Assembly (NCBI GenBank): GCA_963828735.1
Contig: CAWHFW010000005.1
Location: forward strand, 416,001 to 480,000
DNA from: an uncultured Gemmatimonadales bacterium
GTDB lineage: Bacteria > Gemmatimonadota > Gemmatimonadetes > Gemmatimonadales > GWC2-71-9
DNA length: 64,000 bases
Reading direction: 5' to 3'
A program made the translations under genes and the position numbers. The notes beneath the pieces are model-generated. The model saw only the letters and a program-made list of their open reading frames with translations, did no database searches and was not told where the DNA came from. Shown here one piece after another: positions 58,848-64,000 of this stretch; within the stretch, counting starts at the first letter, position 1, and each line of letters begins with the position of its first letter.

Positions 58848-59444
58848 ATGAAACGGGGCCCAAAGGTCAGGATCGCGCGCGCGTTGGGCATCGCCCTCAC
58901 GCCGAAGGCGGCGCGGATCATGGAGCGCCGGCCCAACCCGCCGGGTCAGCACGGCGCGACCACGCGGCGCAAGGTGAGCGACTATAAGAAGCAGCTGCTC
59001 GAGAAGCAGCGTCTGCGCGCGCAGTACTACATCAGCGAGCGCCAGCTTCAGAACGCCTTCACCCACGCGACCCGGCAGCCGGGCAACACCGGTGTGCGGC
59101 TGCTGCAGCTGCTCGAGCTGCGGCTGGACGCCGTCGTGCTGCGGTCGGGCTTCGTTCGGACGATCTACGCCGCCCGTCAGGCGGTGGTGCACGGGCACGT
59201 GCTGGTCAACGGCCGGCGGGCGGACCGGCCCGCGCGCCGGTTGCAGCCTGGCGACACTGTGGCCCTCGCGGCCAAGAGCCGGGACCTCCCCATGTTCACG
59301 GTTCCGCTCGAGAACGCCCGGCCGGGCGCCCACCTGGATCTGGACCGCGAGCGCCGGAGCGTGCGCGTCCGGGAGATTCCGGAGCGGGAGCAGATTCCGG
59401 TACAGTGCGAGGTCTCCCTGATCGTCGAGTACTATTCGCGGTAA
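58848..59444 (+). CDS. rpsD: 30S ribosomal protein S4, stand-alone form lacking the zinc-ribbon cysteines
   Basis: PPGQHG, SDYKKQLLEKQRLR, LELRLD, ARQAVVHGHVLVNG, IVEYYSR. Confidence 0.93.
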   Translation: MKRGPKVRIARALGIALTPKAARIMERRPNPPGQHGATTRRKVSDYKKQLLEKQRLRAQYYISERQLQNAFTHATRQPGNTGVRLLQLLELRLDAVVLRSGFVRTIYAARQAVVHGHVLVNGRRADRPARRLQPGDTVALAAKSRDLPMFTVPLENARPGAHLDLDRERRSVRVREIPEREQIPVQCEVSLIVEYYSR

Positions 59445-59570
59445 GACTCGGGCGCGGGGCGACTCGTCAATGTGCCCGGCTCGCAAACTCGAGGGATCTT
59501 CTCCGGACTGACCGTTCCTGTCCGGGCAGATCCCTCGCTTCGTTGGGGCCGGTGACCGTGGACCGTCGCC

Positions 59571-60347
59571 TTACGCTCCGATGAGGGTGAGGGCGCGCCC
59601 GCGCTCCGGCCAGCATAGGCGTGGCTCGAGCCCGGCGCGCCTGAAGGCCGCCTGCACCTCCGCCCGTGACTCGCTGAAGTGTTCCCACCCCTCGAAGTGG
59701 AGCGGCACCACGACGGCGCCGGCGAAGGCCCGCGCTGCCTCCACCGCGCCGTCGGCGGTGAGCGTGAGCGGCCATGGGCCCACCGCCGCCACCTGTGCCG
59801 CGCCCAAGAAGAGGATCGCCGCCGCCGCGGAGTACCGGCGCGCCACCTCCGCCATCCCATCGTACCAGACGCTGTCGCCCGAGATGTAGACCGGAGCGCC
59901 GGCGTCAGCCGATTCGAGCACGAACCCGACGACCGGCCCGCGGTCGAGATGCTCCGGTCCGTGGCGCGCCGGGGTCGCCGTCACTCGCAGCGTCCCGCCG
60001 TCCGGCCGTGCCAGCTCCGTGGCCTCCCAGGGCTCGAGACCCAGGGCGGCTCCGCCGAGCCGCTCCGCCCCGGCGAGCGTGGTGAGCACGCGTGGCACGT
60101 CCGCGAGAAAGCGTCGCCCCGCGGCGTCGAGATTGTCGAAGTGGTGATCGTGGCTGAGCAGGACCGCATCGACCCGGCCGAGCGCCGCGGGCGCGATCGC
60201 GGGTCCTTGCGTCTTCCGGAGCACGTACGCGCCTGACCGGAACTCGGATCCGGGTGGATCGAACGTGGGATCGGTCAGGAGCCGGAGCCCGCCCCATTCG
60301 ACCAGCGCGGTCGGCCCGCCGATGTACGTGAGGCTGGGAGCGTTCAC
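59571..60347 (-). CDS. MBL-fold metallo-hydrolase
   Basis: LLTDP, SHDHHFDN, PARHG, SGD, PLHFEGW. Confidence 0.9.
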   Translation of the reverse strand: MNAPSLTYIGGPTALVEWGGLRLLTDPTFDPPGSEFRSGAYVLRKTQGPAIAPAALGRVDAVLLSHDHHFDNLDAAGRRFLADVPRVLTTLAGAERLGGAALGLEPWEATELARPDGGTLRVTATPARHGPEHLDRGPVVGFVLESADAGAPVYISGDSVWYDGMAEVARRYSAAAAILFLGAAQVAAVGPWPLTLTADGAVEAARAFAGAVVVPLHFEGWEHFSESRAEVQAAFRRAGLEPRLCWPERGRALTLIGA

Positions 60348-60354
60348 GGGGCGG

Positions 60355-61755
60355 TCAGGGACGGACGGACGACGGGCCTCGCGTCGCGAGGAACGCCACG
60401 AGCGTCCGCACCTGGTCCGGCGTCAGGGTCCGGGCGTACGCCGGCATGTTGAGGCTGCCGTTCGTGATCCGCGCGGCGATCTGATCGGGCGCCATGCGGC
60501 TGCGCACGTCGGACAGGTCCGGGCCGCGCTTCCCGCCGTATCCCTCGATCGCATGGCAGTACTCGCAGCCCTTCGCGCGGAAGAGTCGCGCGCCTTCGGT
60601 GACGAGGGAATCGGTGCTGCGGACCACGGCCGGCGGCAGGGCGGCCGCCGAGAAGTTGGGCGACCAGTCGGCCCGCTCGCCCGCGGCCCAGAAGGTCAGG
60701 ATGATCGTCCAGATAAAGACGACGAGCAACGCCGCCAGCGGGCGCTCGCGCATGCTGCGCGGCCCCTTGTTGAAGAACGGCAGCAGCAGCAGCACGGCGC
60801 CGAAGACGAGTGGCCCGGCGACGATGATGAAGTTCTCCAGGTTCTGCGGGGCGAGGGCCAGCAGCGCGAAATACCACAGGAAGTACCAGTCGGGGCGCGG
60901 ATACGCCTCGAGAACGCTCGGGTCGGGGGGCCTGGAAAGCTCGGGTGGCCCGACGACGAGCGCGAGGACCACGATCGTCGCGACGACCGCGGCGCCGAAC
61001 ACGACGTCGCGCCACGCGGCGTCAGGCCAGAACGGTACGCCTTCCTTCTGAAGCAGCCGGGCGTAGCGGTCGCGATAGGTGGCCGGGTCCACGTGCTCGC
61101 CGCTCTTGGGGCGCTCCGAGATGCCGTGCCGCAGGACCAGCGCGAGGTGGAGTCCGATGAAGGCGAAGACGATCGCTGGAATGAAGAAGACGTGGAACGC
61201 GAAGAAGCGGCTCAGCGTCGCCCCGCCGATCGTGTCCCCCGCCAGGATGAAGCGCGCGATGTCGCCGCCGATCACGGGCATGCGGCCCGCCTGAGCGGCG
61301 CCGACGATCACCGACCACACGGCGTTCTGGTCCCAGCGGAGCAGCTGGCCGGTGAACGCGAGCGCGAGCGTGAGGAGGAGCAGCACCGCGCCGGTGAGCC
61401 AGTTGAGCTCGCGAGGATACTTGAACGCGCCCATCAGATAGGTGCGGGAGACGTGGATCCCGATCAGCAGCACCATCGCGGAGGCGCCGAAGTAGTGCAT
61501 CCCGCGCAGGAAGCGGCCGAGCAGCGCCTGCTCGGAAATGAACTTGAGGCTGTCGTACGCCTGGCCGCTCGAAGGCACGTACGCCGTGGCGAGCGCGATG
61601 CCGGTGGCCACCTGCAGGACGAAGGCGATGAACGTGGCGCTGCCGAACACGTACCACCAGCCGGTGCGCGGCGGCACCGGATGCTCGAGCGCGTGACGCG
61701 TCGCGGTGAGGAGGCCGCTTCGATCGTCGAGCCAGGCGAGAACGCGCCGGAGCAC
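60355..61755 (-). CDS. Cytochrome b of a Rieske/b complex fused to C-terminal c-type cytochrome
   Basis: RGMHY..GIHV, FHVF..LHL haem b ligands, PDWY, CEYCH. Confidence 0.92.
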   Translation of the reverse strand: MLRRVLAWLDDRSGLLTATRHALEHPVPPRTGWWYVFGSATFIAFVLQVATGIALATAYVPSSGQAYDSLKFISEQALLGRFLRGMHYFGASAMVLLIGIHVSRTYLMGAFKYPRELNWLTGAVLLLLTLALAFTGQLLRWDQNAVWSVIVGAAQAGRMPVIGGDIARFILAGDTIGGATLSRFFAFHVFFIPAIVFAFIGLHLALVLRHGISERPKSGEHVDPATYRDRYARLLQKEGVPFWPDAAWRDVVFGAAVVATIVVLALVVGPPELSRPPDPSVLEAYPRPDWYFLWYFALLALAPQNLENFIIVAGPLVFGAVLLLLPFFNKGPRSMRERPLAALLVVFIWTIILTFWAAGERADWSPNFSAAALPPAVVRSTDSLVTEGARLFRAKGCEYCHAIEGYGGKRGPDLSDVRSRMAPDQIAARITNGSLNMPAYARTLTPDQVRTLVAFLATRGPSSVRP

Positions 61756-61762
61756 CGTGTGC

Positions 61763-62266
61763 TCAGGCGATCGGGATGGGGCTGGTCAGAATTTCGACCT
61801 GGCCGTTCCTGACGCGGACGGGATACTGCGGCAGGTTTCGGGGCGGCGGTCCGGCGGATACCGTGCCGTCCCGGTAGTAGACCCCGCCGTGACACGGGCA
61901 GAGAAAGAGCTGCGCGTCCGCCACCCAGCGCACGGGACAGCCGAGGTGGGTGCAGTGCACGCTAAAGGCGGTGAACCGCTCGGCGTCGTCGCGCCGGAGC
62001 CACGCCGCGGTCCGCGCGGTGACGCCGGCCCACGGGAGCGGAGACGCGTCCTCGAAGACCACGTCGACGGTGTCGCCGACGGTGAAGCGGTCCACCGGTC
62101 CCACTCCGCGCCAGATCCGCGGCGTCTTCCGGGTGAGCGGCGAGAGCAGGAAGCCGATGACGGGGAGCGTGGCGACGGCGCCGATGGCGCCGGATAGGAC
62201 GAGGGAGAGACGCGAGAGAAAGCGGCGTCTCGACGGGGACATTTCGGCTGGGACTTCAGGCTCCAT
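61763..62266 (-). CDS. Rieske iron-sulfur subunit with Tat signal
   Basis: SRRRFL, CTHLGC, CPCHGG. Confidence 0.92.
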   Translation of the reverse strand: MEPEVPAEMSPSRRRFLSRLSLVLSGAIGAVATLPVIGFLLSPLTRKTPRIWRGVGPVDRFTVGDTVDVVFEDASPLPWAGVTARTAAWLRRDDAERFTAFSVHCTHLGCPVRWVADAQLFLCPCHGGVYYRDGTVSAGPPPRNLPQYPVRVRNGQVEILTSPIPIA

Positions 62267-62361
62267 GCGGGCTCCGCCGAGCGGGACGATCGGAGGTGTG
62301 AAACGCCAACTTATGCCAAACCGTCGAGGCGAACAAGCTGCCCCGCTCGACCAAAGGCTAC

Positions 62362-62390
62362 TTGACAAGCTCCGTCCCGCTTCCCATCGT
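62362..62390 (+). promoter_or_regulatory. Candidate promoter TTGACA-N17-CATCGT
   Basis: Perfect -35, weak -10; precedes about 170-nt leader. Confidence 0.5.
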
Positions 62391-62566
62391 GCCCACGTCG
62401 CGAGCACTCGAAAATGAGATGGCGCCGCTCTGGCGACCATTCCTCGCGAACCAACCAGAACTCCACCGCAGCAGCCCCAGCACCCGACAACCGACAACAT
62501 CTACGTCGGCCGTTCTCGTGGATCGGCCGCCCCCTGCTCCGTTTCCTTCCGCACGGAGGAGCGACC

Positions 62567-64000
62567 ATGTCGCGTCCGCTCGTTTACCTGGCGGCGACGC
62601 TCTTGATTGTTGCCTGTACTGATCAAACCGATGTTTCCGCGCCCGAATCCGAGCCCGCCGACGAGGCCGGTCAGACCGCGTCGCCGCTCGAGCTCTCCGC
62701 CGATCGTATTCCCGGTGGCGCACACACGGCGCTCTCCGGCGGCGCCACTACCGTGTTCGACGCGACGGCGAACGCGTTTTCGCTGGCCGCGCCGAACCTC
62801 GCGGGCGAGGCCGTCGACCAGCACGAGCGCGGTGACGAGGACTTCGAGGACGCCTTCGAGCCGGGGCCCGGCGCCGAGCACAGCGGGCTCGGGCCCGTGT
62901 TCGACAACGTGTCGTGCGAGGGGTGCCACGCGGGCGATGGCCGCGGTCGCCCGCCGCGCCCCGGCGAAGAGATCAGCTCGCTGCTCTTCCGCGCGAGCGT
63001 GTCGGGGGTCGGCGCGCACGGAGGCCCACTGCCGGTGCCGGGATTCGGGGGGCAGCTGCAGCTCCGCTCCATTCCGGGCTATACGCCCGAGGTGCAGGCC
63101 GCCATCAGCTATGTCGAGACGCAGGGCGTGTTCACCGACGGCACTCCCTTTCAGTTGCGGGTACCCACTTATACGCTGACGGGACTGTATGAGGCCCTTC
63201 CGCCTGGCGTCCTCGTGTCGCCGCGCGTGGCTCCGGTCGTATTCGGGCTCGGACTGCTCGAAGCGGTGCCCGCGTTCGACCTTTTCGCGATGGCGGATCC
63301 GAGAGACCGCGACCACGACGGCATCTCCGGGCGGGTGAACTCCGTGTGGGATGAGGCGCGTCAGCGCCTGGCCGTCGGACGCTTCGGATGGAAGGCGAAC
63401 GCCCCGAACCTGTTCCAGCAGTCGGCGGGCGCGTACAACGGAGACATGGGCGTCACCAGCCCACTCTTCCCGGCCGAATCGTGCGAGGGACAGTTCCCGG
63501 GCTGCGAGGGGCACGACCCCGAGGTGGACGACGCCACCGTCGGGGACGTCGCGTTCTATACGCAGACGCTGGGCGTCCCGGCCCGGCGCAATCTGGACGA
63601 TCCCCAAGTGAGCCGCGGTGAAGTCCTGTTCCACGCCGCGGGGTGCGCCGGATGCCACGTCGCGACGCTCCGCACCGGCACCCTGGACGGGGTCGATGCC
63701 GTCTCACACCAGATCATCCATCCCTACACCGACCTGCTGCTCCATGACATGGGGCCGGGGCTCGCGGACGACCGTCCCGACTTCAGGGCCTCGGGCAGCG
63801 AGTGGCGCACCGCGCCGCTCTGGGGCATCGGACTGGTGGAGATCGTGAACGGACACACGAACTTCCTGCACGACGGCCGAGCCCGGTCGCTGCTGGAGGC
63901 GGTCATGTGGCACGGCGGCGAGGCCCAGCGCGCGCGCGATCGCGTGAAGGGCTTTTCGGCGGAGCAGCGCGCGGCGCTCGTGGCGTTCCTGCAGTCGCTG
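62567..64000 (+). CDS. Di-haem oxidoreductase (DHOR family) lipoprotein; stop lies beyond the window
   Basis: Manual translation: GGAGGAG RBS, LIVAC lipobox, GLGP..SCEGCH, GRFGWKA, GCAGCH, LLHDMG, WRTAPLWG, LHDGRAR. Confidence 0.88.
   Translation, partial: MSRPLVYLAATLLIVACTDQTDVSAPESEPADEAGQTASPLELSADRIPGGAHTALSGGATTVFDATANAFSLAAPNLAGEAVDQHERGDEDFEDAFEPGPGAEHSGLGPVFDNVSCEGCHAGDGRGRPPRPGEEISSLLFRASVSGVGAHGGPLPVPGFGGQLQLRSIPGYTPEVQAAISYVETQGVFTDGTPFQLRVPTYTLTGLYEALPPGVLVSPRVAPVVFGLGLLEAVPAFDLFAMADPRDRDHDGISGRVNSVWDEARQRLAVGRFGWKANAPNLFQQSAGAYNGDMGVTSPLFPAESCEGQFPGCEGHDPEVDDATVGDVAFYTQTLGVPARRNLDDPQVSRGEVLFHAAGCAGCHVATLRTGTLDGVDAVSHQIIHPYTDLLLHDMGPGLADDRPDFRASGSEWRTAPLWGIGLVEIVNGHTNFLHDGRARSLLEAVMWHGGEAQRARDRVKGFSAEQRAALVAFLQSL

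Noticed and set aside
1..64000. CRISPR arrays, tRNA/rRNA, IS elements, prophage or defence genes
   Set aside because: None recognised by eye; short or divergent elements could have been missed without computational scans

Overview
High-GC (about 70%) bacterial chromosomal window with about 60 genes and no rRNA, tRNA, CRISPR array, integrase or transposase that I could recognise. The Ser/Thr kinase N-terminus (ALADRYTVERELGRGGMA..VAIKVLHPEL) and general gene style suggest Gemmatimonadota (inference). Main content in order: a receiver-TrxR fusion plus cNMP-domain histidine kinase; a di-haem cytochrome c and TPR kinase; a coupled YIDP-peptide / NoeA-like methyltransferase / membrane alkaline-phosphatase-superfamily module; a His-rich beta-propeller / small exported protein / multicopper oxidase operon; a frameshifted Ntn acylase; a ~16 kb, largely translationally coupled catabolic-looking cluster (family-5 ABC transporter, GHMP kinase, heparinase II/III-like protein, class III aminotransferase, two amidohydrolases, DHDPS-family aldolase, DHOD-like flavoprotein, OSBS/NSAR-type enolase-superfamily enzyme, Flp-pilin-like peptide, GH38); an M66-like lipoprotein; a GEMM-I (cyclic-dinucleotide) riboswitch with an unusual C at the specificity position upstream of a GlcG/HbpS-type lipoprotein; MFS and ArsR-linked RND efflux genes; a DNA-repair-type radical SAM gene with a candidate operator repeat; a stand-alone Streptomyces-like rpsD; and a Rieske/cytochrome b-c pair divergent from a di-haem oxidoreductase with a structured leader. 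Best novelty candidates: the variant riboswitch, the catabolic cluster, the YIDP module and the propeller-MCO operon. All family calls are from motif recognition only; no searches were run.
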